The notes beneath the pieces are model-generated. The model was not told the origin of the DNA and ran no database searches. It saw nothing but the letters and a program-made list of their open reading frames with translations. A stretch of 64,000 nucleotides of DNA, taken from Macrostomum lignano. Its lineage: Eukaryota. The DNA lies in contig NIVC01003811.1 of assembly GCA_002269645.1 (NCBI GenBank), positions 11,866-75,865 of the forward strand, given 5' to 3'. Position numbers and translations under genes: made by a program. Shown one piece after another: positions 10,360 through 19,058 of the stretch (the stretch's first letter is position 1; each line of letters begins with the position of its first letter).

Positions 10360-12709
10360 CTGGTGCAAACAGCGCTGAGTTTCGGACTGGTGGTTTAGAT
10401 GTGACAAGCGCACCTGTGGCATCCCTCAGAATGGTGGCCGAAGCGCAAAGAGTGCCATGTCTAAATCTACCAATCGTAAAAATCGCCAATCGTCATTCTC
10501 TTTCCCATGGCGTGAGGCAACAAAATCCAAAAATATTAATGTAACTTTTCAAATTTTTCGGGCTGCGAATTCGTTCAATTCATTCGAAATTTCCAAATTC
10601 ATTCATTCGCCAAAGCCCCTGATTCAATTTAAAATTAATTTAGCCGATCAGTTTCAGCGCTAGAAAGTGTGAAGTGGTAGACGAGCGGATTTGATTACAA
10701 TCAGAATAGCTACCTGGTAACGGAGTGTGTGAAGAACTGCGAAAGTGAATTTTCCGGACTCACTTTCTATTTCATGGTAATATGCTTTATTTCCCCTCCC
10801 TTTCTTTCTCTCGCCTAGCCTACAGCAGAACTGTGTGAGTGTTGAGGTGGACAGCCAGCCAGGTACGGAAGCCTCATCACGCAAGCACAGGGAAGCTGGA
10901 AGCGAAGCATTTCTTTCCTTTGTCCTACCTCTTTCTTTTACTCGGGGGAGTGTAACAGTCGCTCTCCCTGATCGCTCAGTTAATCCTAGAAATGCGTAGA
11001 GACCGGAGCGTGTTTTGTTTGTCCATTAGAATGAACAGCTATCAAGGGCTATGGGGAACTCGCTATATATGCATAGTAAGGGAAGCAGTAGTCATGGCCT
11101 TGGAAACATTGGGGGATACCAAAGTCTCGCAGGAATGGGAATAGCGGTGTGATTGTATCTCTGTAGGGTATCAGTGTGACTCAAAAATCTCGGGCTAAAA
11201 AAAGTGTCACCTCCTATGGAATACCTGCGATCAGCCCGGACCTGAATTCTGCGGTAACCCCTGGTGCCTTCATGGCTGGGATTCGATCCCAACGTGTCTG
11301 CTGACTCTCCCCACTGTATTGCAGACCCGGTAGTAACTGCTTTGGTTGCATTTGGGCTGGTGCAGTGGCTGGAAATAGTAGATCCCATAGTATCCTATTG
11401 ATAGTGGAGTTCAGTGAGTATTGGAATGGTGTACTGGAAGTCTGGTGGCCCCCAGTGATCTCGTAATGTTTCCTGCTGCATTCTCCTCCTTTAGTAATTC
11501 CTCCCCCCTGCTGTCAGTCTGATAGGGGAGGTGGGTGTGCCAATCAGCCCGACCCGGTAGAACGGCGCTCCTGCCCGACTTGTCAGCCTGGCCCAGGAAG
11601 GCGCTATTGCGCAACTCTTTTCCCCTCTGGCCACTGCAGCCCACTAAGCGCTTAGACGCAGGGTTGCATGCAGTCCCCTAATGTAAAGCCCCGGTACATA
11701 GAGTGCCACCCCAGTGCCCCGCAAGGTCAATAAGACGGGTTGACGTCTCTGGCAACTTGGAATAACCTAGATGGAGGTACCGCTGTCTCCTGGTAGAACC
11801 GGGCGTTCAAGTACAGTAAAGTGGAGAGGCTGACAACTGTAGGACTTTCTCCGCCATCAGATAAAGGTCCCAAGTATGCTATTTCGAGCTGCAGCAAAGG
11901 TGGAGTATCGGAGGGGCAAGCATTTCAGGAAGATACTCACTTAGGTCTGTTTATCCTAGGAAAGCGGGCGAGAGTTTCAGGCTTGTAATCCGCCTAACCT
12001 GAAAACTTCGGGGACAGTTTAGTCTGGACTCCCGCTGCGCGCCTTCGCTCTGAACAGAAGGGGGAGGTCTTGGTTTTTGTGGATTCTGCTAGACGTAGGG
12101 GAGCTGGATTCCCGCCTTTTGTGAAGCTGCGTGTACAAGATTGGTAGTCCTGAGGTGGAAGCCCCACTGGACTCCGACGGTTTTCCGGCTGTGCAAGGGC
12201 AGTAAAGTGGGAGGACCTCCATGGGGATTGCTCCCGCCACTTGGGTTTTTGGGTCCAGGCGCCAACGCTTCTTCGTAGTAGCTTTCTTAAGGAAATGGGG
12301 CCCGGCGCGCAACCCTAGGGGAGAATTTGTACAGGTGCCGTAAGTCCGTTTACGGTCGGCATTTGGGTTCCCTAGCATGGCCGCAAAATGAAGGTCAAGT
12401 CTCTCTGAATAGCCAATTTTTCCCTGTCAGGATGTGCCATAGACAACTGGTAGTGGTAGCCGCAGTTTGAGTCAGTGTGCTTTGCCGAGTGAAGCCGTTA
12501 GGACTGCCTAAATGGAATTATGTGGAGCCACCCGTTTTTCAATTTGTTTTCTTCGACGCCGCAAGTATGTGGGTTTTGTCTGTGTTTGTGTGTGTGTGAG
12601 TGTGTTTGTGTGTTTCGGATCAACTTTTCGGTCTTTACCTGTAGTTGCCCCGGTTTTCTTTTCTTTTCCTTCCCGGTGGTGGGTACTCCCCCAGCTATCC
12701 GGCATTCAC

Positions 12710-14155
12710 ATGTCACGGGCGCGTGGAGATAGGGTCGTAGAAGCTGTGTGCGCAGACGCCCCTGGTCAACCACCCTCGGCCGCTGACACCCCAGCAGTTG
12801 CCGCCCCCGCAGCCGCAATGGCCGCAGCCGCTGGTAACCAGGTCCCTCAGCCTCCAGAAGCAGTAGTAGTTGAGGAACCAGATGAAGGAGTAGCAGCTCC
12901 CGCTCCCAATCAGGGTGGCGCAGCAGCCGCCGCTGCTCCCCCGGACGCAGCCCAGAATCCTCCTCAGGCAGTCCCGCAGCTAGGAGACTTAGTTGCCGCT
13001 ATAGCCAATGCGTTTAACCAGCTAAACATGGGCCAAGACGCCCAGAGGCCGAAAATCTACGTAGAAAAGTTCTCTCCCGGCGAACACTGTTTTGTGCAAT
13101 GGGTAGAGAGAATGATCTACAAGCTGGACGCGGAGAGAACTGTAGGAGATCAGGCTAGGAAGCAGGTGCTCATCTCGCACCTCCCAGGTGAATTTCAGAA
13201 CTTAGCCTTAGGATTGGACGGGCAATTGCCCTTTGAGCAGTTCGTATCTAGATTAGGAGAGCAGTTGGGCGAGGCCAACACTGATCTGGCTAAGAGAAAT
13301 AAGCTGAAGAATCTGAGCCAGAAACCCGGCCAATCACATAGTGCTTTTGCTGCTATGATAAGATCTCAGATAACGGCCATGTTTCCTCAGATTCAGGGTG
13401 AGCAGAGAGAACAAGAAATCGTGTACACCTACTTGGAACACGCTAAGCTCCCCCGCCAGGTCAGACAAGATCTGTTGAGCCGTCGCTGGCAGACAATTGA
13501 GCAGGTGTTAGAACAGCAGCAAGCCCTGTTAGAAGCCGCAGACTTAGCCGGGAAATGGGACAGTAGTGGCCCGCCCAGGTCTGAGTCCCGCACCGAAGTC
13601 CGTCTGCAACCTCAGCAGCCACCCAGGCCCCCTCGCAAGTGGGTCAGGATGGTGAACCAGGAAGCTGACGAGACGGAGGAGGACGGTGACGGCCTATCAG
13701 AGATGCAAGAGAGGTTGGGCGCGCTAGAGCAAACGCAAAAGGATCTGCGCAACCAGCTGGTGCAGCTCAATGAAACTATGAAGGCGACAGCAGAGTCTGT
13801 TGCCCAGCTGCCCCAGCAGATGAGGCCCCCTCGCCCCGCCACTCCCAACAGGAACTGGAGGCAGGGGCAGGGCGGCTCTAATAGCAGTAGGAACTGGCGC
13901 CAACCCCAGCCCCCGCCGCTTGCAATTCAGGAGGCGCCCACGCCGCCGGCGCCGGGTGTGCAGCAGCAGCAATTGCAGCTTCGTGCGCCACCTGATCGCC
14001 ATAGGCAAGATTTAGAGGAGTGGGGCAGAGATATGTTAGACGAGGCTACCAGGGAGAGGCAGGAGAGGCTCGCCCAGCTGCGCGCGCAAGCTCTGATGCC
14101 TCCTCCTTCCACGCCTGAAGAGCCCCCGGGTTCGGGAAACCCGTGGGAGGGCTGA
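12710..14155 (+). CDS. gag: Gag (Ty3/Gypsy-like capsid; no CCHC knuckle)
   Basis: Likely ATG at 12710 (MSRARGD...) within ORF 12512-14155. Ala/Pro-rich N-terminus, capsid-like core (EKFSPGEHCFVQWVERM...LKNLSQKPGQSHSAFAAMIR), a coiled-coil segment and a Q/P/R-rich C-terminus. Confidence 0.8.
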   Translation: MSRARGDRVVEAVCADAPGQPPSAADTPAVAAPAAAMAAAAGNQVPQPPEAVVVEEPDEGVAAPAPNQGGAAAAAAPPDAAQNPPQAVPQLGDLVAAIANAFNQLNMGQDAQRPKIYVEKFSPGEHCFVQWVERMIYKLDAERTVGDQARKQVLISHLPGEFQNLALGLDGQLPFEQFVSRLGEQLGEANTDLAKRNKLKNLSQKPGQSHSAFAAMIRSQITAMFPQIQGEQREQEIVYTYLEHAKLPRQVRQDLLSRRWQTIEQVLEQQQALLEAADLAGKWDSSGPPRSESRTEVRLQPQQPPRPPRKWVRMVNQEADETEEDGDGLSEMQERLGALEQTQKDLRNQLVQLNETMKATAESVAQLPQQMRPPRPATPNRNWRQGQGGSNSSRNWRQPQPPPLAIQEAPTPPAPGVQQQQLQLRAPPDRHRQDLEEWGRDMLDEATRERQERLAQLRAQALMPPPSTPEEPPGSGNPWEG

Positions 14156-14196
14156 ATGGCCCGGCCCGAACTCAGCCCCGTTCCCTCTCTAGGGCC
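14134..14196 (+). promoter_or_regulatory. -1 programmed ribosomal frameshift signal
   Basis: Slippery heptamer G GGA AAC (14134-14140) in the Gag frame; 8-nt spacer; stem 1 GGGCTGA (14149-14155) with TCAGCCC (14172-14178); loop GGCCC can pair with GGGCC (14192-14196) as an H-type pseudoknot. Confidence 0.8.
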
Positions 14197-14658
14197 CAGC
14201 TTAACCTGCCACGTCCGCCCAGCAAGAAGTTTAGATTTGAGAAGGTACCCGATTTCTATCAGCCAAGACCAGCTGGAGGACAACGCGGGAGAGATATTGT
14301 TGTAGAGTTGCCAATTGAGAATGTTCCCACCCGCCTCCTGGTAGATGGGGGCAGTGCGCTGTCTTTGCTAACAGTCAAAGACTTTACTAAAATTACCGGA
14401 CAGAGTGTGGAGGCCCTGGAGCCCCCATGTGTGAAGGCCGTGTCCTACACGGGCAATGAATTAGAGATGCTAGGCCAGGCCACCCTCACAGCAGTTATTG
14501 GGCTAGAAGAGGTGAGAATCCTCTTTCTGGTCGTTGGCAATTCAGCAGCAGTTTCCCTCCTGGGTAGTGCTTTTCTAGCCAGTACGCATGCTATCATAGA
14601 CTATCGAACAGAAAAGGTTTACTTGCTAGGTGTGAGTCTCCCATTCGACCCCCGCTGA
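14134..14658 (+). CDS. pro: Retropepsin-like aspartic protease in the -1 frame, ending in TGA
   Basis: LLVDGGSALSLL active-site motif, a ...SYTG...LG flap region and the C-terminal LLGSAFL motif; stop at 14656-14658 right after the domain. Confidence 0.85.
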   Translation, partial: GKPVGGLNGPARTQPRSLSRAQLNLPRPPSKKFRFEKVPDFYQPRPAGGQRGRDIVVELPIENVPTRLLVDGGSALSLLTVKDFTKITGQSVEALEPPCVKAVSYTGNELEMLGQATLTAVIGLEEVRILFLVVGNSAAVSLLGSAFLASTHAIIDYRTEKVYLLGVSLPFDPR

Positions 14659-15737
14659 GTAACAGATCGGTAGCTAGCCAGTGATTGCTTAATCCCCCCC
14701 CGATTCGCGTGTCGAAATTTTGCTCGTGTTGCCCCGTTGGAGACCGCTTTTCGCGTATTTACGTATGCCCTCTATTACTCGAATTTATGTTGTGACCTCG
14801 TGCTCGTTGGTGTTGTTTAAATATCTAAGATTTTAGCTCGAAAATTAGGCCCGTACAGTATGCGTTAATTCCCTATCAGTAAATATTAACTTGGAAACTA
14901 GTAAAATTTCTATGGGTCTGCTCCACAGGAGGTCCTGCCCCGCTGTTCAAGATTTTCTGGGAACAATGGAAGTCTGGGACCGTAGGAAATTAGCACCTTT
15001 AGGTCTGATTTCGTGTGTTTGTTCACACTTTGTGAAAGTCCGATTTTGGGAAACTTTTAATTGGTTTCGATGAGGCAATAGGGGGGGCATTCAATGTAAT
15101 TAAGTTTATCAGGCAAATGGGGCAGCAATTAGTTTAGAGTAGGCCAGTGGTTTAGTCAATGTAAAGTCAGGTAAGTAATTAAAGTCAAGTTATGGGGACA
15201 GATAGTTCAGAATTAGTAAGTAAGCATTAAGAACCACCAGCATCAGCAGTTGGGAAGCCGCAGAAATAGCTCCAAGAGCAGTAGCCAGTGCATTGTGAGA
15301 CCGGCTATTAGGGCCGTCGACAGCACGACCAAATGCCAGGAGCCGTCGGTCTCCACCACAGGGGTTGGCAAGGGCTGTGGAGCGGCAGCCACGGGCGTCA
15401 CCGCGGCGACCGGCGGCGGAGCGTGCGCTCGGGCTGACAACGGCGGTGGTACCGGATGCCAACCGGCCCCGGACGCTGGTTCGCTGGCGGCCCGGCGGTC
15501 GCATGGCCCGGGAGCCGCGGCGCCTATGCACCAGATGGCGCAGCCGGCCCAGAATCAGAGGGGGCGTCCGGCTCTGAATGGCTGTCTTCGGGCGCTTCGT
15601 AGTCGGACTCCTCTTCAAGGATGGGCTCGGCTACTAGCGGCCGGAATCCTGAAAATGAGAATTTAAGGGATGAAATAGAAGTAGGGAACTAGCCGGGTAT
15701 TAGGATGTAGATAGATGGGGATTTTAACTTTATGGCG

Positions 15738-16105
15738 TGTGGTAGTGGCCTTCCTGGGGGTTTCTTCCTTTCTTCATTCCCTCTCCTCCCTTGAGCTCTA
15801 GGTGATCAAGTAGTGGTAGCCTTCTTCCCCGCCTTCTTTTAATGATACACCTCTAAGTGATGGCAGTTTTTCGTCTTCCTCTCCTCTGGTAGAAGGGCAA
15901 ATAGTGGCAGTTTCCCCGGGCAATCCACTCTAATGGTGACGGGTTCCCTCTTTCTCTTCCCTGTTAATGTACAATTGGTGGCAGTTTTCCCTAGCAACCT
16001 CTCTCAAAATGGTGGCTGATCCTCCTTTTCTTTTCTTTGGTAATGCGCCAAGATGGTGGTAGGTTCCCCTTTCTCTTTTATAATAGTACATCAAACTGGT
16101 GGCAG
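15738..16105 (+). repeat. Degenerate array of about 9 TGGTGGCAG-like motifs, about 35-70 bp apart
   Basis: Motifs near 15738, 15809, 15856, 15899, 15933, 15973, 16007, 16051 and 16094, most followed by a pyrimidine tract. Confidence 0.7.
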
Positions 16106-16439
16106 TCAAATTAATGATTAATTCCTCTTTCGAATTCTTTCGGCTGTTAAGTTTATGAGGGTCTCGGAGGCATGGATGAGAACTGCGTGCGCGTGGCGTT
16201 GAAGGAAGAAATCGAAGGGAGTTGGGCCGCATCATCATTTATCCTCCGGAGTCTAATCTCCCAAATCCCTCTTCTATTCATATTAACCAAATTAATTTGT
16301 GTGCCTGATCTGAATGTGTGCATGTGAGGTGGGAGTGCGATCTCTGTCGGCTGGAGTACGGATCTGCCGCGGGCGCGACCGGAGGTGGTCTCGGGTCTGC
16401 CCCCTGCTCACAGGTGAGGAAACAGGAAGCGGCGGAACC

Positions 16440-16560
16440 AGCCAATCAGAGCGCACGGAGACTAGAGCGAGCGGTCCCAAGCCAACGGCGACCCCGGCCG
16501 CAGCAGGTGTGCCTCCCAATGTGCTCAACCAATGGGAAGCCAGCCCCGGCACTATAAGAA
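16440..16560 (+). promoter_or_regulatory. Putative internal promoter for the cargo ORFs
   Basis: GCCAATCAGAG at 16440 (same 11-mer as the LTR CCAAT box), a second CCAAT near 16529, and CTATAAGAA at 16552, about 100 bp upstream of ATG 16652. Confidence 0.5.
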
Positions 16561-16651
16561 GACCCACGCCTGCCAGAGCTGGAAATCATCAATCAGAGAA
16601 ATCATTCTGTCCTTCAATCGCTGAAGCATTCTATGAACTATCCAGCTTGAC

Positions 16652-17221
16652 ATGGACACGAAGCCTACCATCAATCGAATTCAGCTATGCTCCAGCTTAC
16701 CGTCTGAGCGTCCTGCCAGCCCAGTTAGCCGAAAGCGGCCCCGTGACGCCATCCAAGAGGCGGAGGACGGCCCCGAGCCGCCAGCGGCGGCCTCCGCCAG
16801 GGTCGAAGAAGGTGACGAGACAATCGACCCGGCCAATGCTGGGGGCGACACCGCGGACATTTCGGACATGGCGGCCGAATTCGGCGAGGCGGCCCGCCGC
16901 CTGCGTGATGTTCTGCCCAACAGCCGCCGAAGTGTGGACATCGCCCTGCAAAGAGAAGAAGTCGATTGGGGTCAGGTGGCTGGCGAACCTTCGGCGACAG
17001 CTATGGATCTGGTGCACTGGGTCGGGCCTGAGTCCTATCATGGCCCACTCCAGGCCGAGGACAGGCATGCGACTCTAGAGCGCCAACTTCGCGACAACCT
17101 GGACCGGCCCTGTCTGCTCATCCTGTCAAAAGCGGCCCTGCTGGGATTGGTTGACAATACGCTGTTAATGTACATCGAGGCAGCGGCCCAGAGCGCCTAC
17201 AAATACGCCCTCGCGACCTAG
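16652..17221 (+). CDS. Orphan cargo ORF A (189 aa)
   Basis: ATG-initiated GC-rich ORF; RKRPR (NLS-like), acidic disordered N-half, helical-looking C-half; no family recognised. Confidence 0.6.
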   Translation: MDTKPTINRIQLCSSLPSERPASPVSRKRPRDAIQEAEDGPEPPAAASARVEEGDETIDPANAGGDTADISDMAAEFGEAARRLRDVLPNSRRSVDIALQREEVDWGQVAGEPSATAMDLVHWVGPESYHGPLQAEDRHATLERQLRDNLDRPCLLILSKAALLGLVDNTLLMYIEAAAQSAYKYALAT

Positions 17222-17379
17222 TCCGGCAGGCCGCCAAGTTCCTCCGCAAGGTTGTGGATGAGGAACCATCACACCTGACAGCCCGGCCGCCGTCCTGTGC
17301 CCCCATCACAGCAATCTTCAGCACCTGCGATCGGCCGGTCTACAAGAAGGTGATCATCAGCTGCGCAGCCTCCTCTCAG

Positions 17380-18000
17380 ATGACTAGACAACTGACGCCA
17401 ACCCAGAGAGCCCGGCTATTGATTGGCCTGGCCAGCTTGGCCAGCCGCTGGGGCATGCTTCCTGCGGACCTGCCAGGGCTGCTCTGGGGCTTCCTGAGCG
17501 AGGGCGCCGAATGGGAAGAGGCTCTCGTCATCCACGACGGCATTCTTGCGGCCTCCGCGCCGGCCTCTGCGCCCCTCCTCTATGCGCCGTTTGCCACAGT
17601 GGCCTGGGCCGCCACTCTCTCGCAACGGTTCAATCGCCGCTGTGGGTGGGTGTTGGCGGCCCTGGGCGACGTTGAGCCCGGCTACGCGGGCCTGGCCGAG
17701 GTGCCCCGTGGCACTTTGCAGCATTTTGCAATCGCGCAGCCGCCCCTGTCTGCACCAACTCTGACACGGCTGCAACAAGTACGGAATGCGGCCTTCGTCG
17801 TCCAATGCCAAGCCCTGGGCATCCCGACTCTGCCGCAGTTGAGGGGCGTGCTGCGCAACGACATCTTGCCTAGCCGATGGCACCGAGTGGTGCTCACGGC
17901 CGCGGCAGCCCAACGTTATGTGGAAGCATGGGCAAGTGCCATGGCTCAGGTGGCGGCATATGGCCCGTACCAGCTAAATCAAGAGGCCCATTTCGAGTAA
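17380..18000 (+). CDS. Orphan cargo ORF B (206 aa from ATG 17380; frame open from 17155)
   Basis: Long GC-rich frame overlapping the end of ORF A; first ATG preceded by CCTCCTCTCAG (acceptor-like); Ala/Leu/Trp-rich globular-looking sequence; no family recognised. Confidence 0.6.
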   Translation: MTRQLTPTQRARLLIGLASLASRWGMLPADLPGLLWGFLSEGAEWEEALVIHDGILAASAPASAPLLYAPFATVAWAATLSQRFNRRCGWVLAALGDVEPGYAGLAEVPRGTLQHFAIAQPPLSAPTLTRLQQVRNAAFVVQCQALGIPTLPQLRGVLRNDILPSRWHRVVLTAAAAQRYVEAWASAMAQVAAYGPYQLNQEAHFE

Positions 18001-19041
18001 GGATGCCGACTGCCTGCTGAGCGACGTCCGCCGGCCGGTCCGACCCGCCTTTCCGCCCCCTTGCGTTGTGTGTTTGTCGTGTGTGTGTGTGTGAAATTAT
18101 CCTATTAATATTCGGTTCTTCCATAATATTCATTTTTAAACTTTAATAACCAATATACGAGTCATTGTTGTGTCATTATCTAAAAATTCCTAAAAATGGC
18201 TCTGTGTTGGCTGCTCACTACTTTTACCGTAAGAAAGGCCATATATTATTACTGCAATTGGCTCAGTTTAAAACGAAAGGCATGGCGAGTGGGTAGATTT
18301 CGTTTAACGTATAGGCGAAAGGAAATCAGGTTGGTGATGGGACTTACCGAGTAGTTGTATAGTTTGGAAAATCGCGCTGAGTGCCTTGGTTGGAAACTGC
18401 GACTCCGTGTAGGTTGCAGGCAGCCGGCTCCCGTTATCAGTGGCGCCTTTTATACAGTGGCCAGCGCACGGCGCGGCGCCTCCCAGCCTACAACCGATCG
18501 CCCCGAAGCCCTCTGACTGGCTGAAGCGGGGTCCGAGCCTTCAAGGACGCTAGGCCTCCGTGCGGTTGAACTCCCGGCGAAATTAGCTTATTAATTTACT
18601 GCGCTGCATTAGTATTTTTCCCCTGTGTAATCGTCATTCTCCCCGAGGCTCTGCCCTTGGCTGTGTGCTAGCAACCCTTCCCCCCTTCTTTTTCCCCACT
18701 TCCCTCACCCTTCCCCGTTTCCTCTCTTTCCCAGCTGCGCTTCTATCCAATTATGATAATTTATTGTTGACAATTCGCTATTTTTCTCCCTACTATTGCG
18801 CTGTCTGTGTTTCCCCCCTCCCACTTTAGCCACAGCAACAGTTGAAATTTTTGAAATTCTGTATTGCACTCCAACCTATGTATCTCGTTTGTGAATTTAT
18901 TGCTATCCCCTCTATTTTATCGCCTTTTTCCATTCCCGCTCGCGGTTTGTTAATTCTGTGATTTCACGTTCGGTTGAGGTCCCGCTCCCGTCTGTGTGGT
19001 TCCATGTTGGGCAGTGATGATGACGGAACCAGTTCCGTCAC

Positions 19042-19058
19042 AAAAGGCAGTGGGGGTG
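19042..19058 (+). promoter_or_regulatory. Polypurine tract of element 1
   Basis: AAAAGGCAGTGGGGGTG directly before the 3' LTR, preceded by the hairpin TGACGGAAC-CA-GTTCCGTCA (19021-19040). Confidence 0.7.

Noticed and set aside
8121-10398. Many short ORFs inside the element 1 LTRs (and duplicates at 19038-21318)
   Set aside because: Overlapping, low-complexity pyrimidine-rich frames with no domain signal.
15738-16105. CRISPR-like repeat-spacer array
   Set aside because: Repeats are only about 10 nt and degenerate, spacing is irregular, there are no cas genes, and the context is eukaryotic.
16652-18000. env gene
   Set aside because: No signal peptide, furin site, fusion peptide or clear C-terminal TM anchor.
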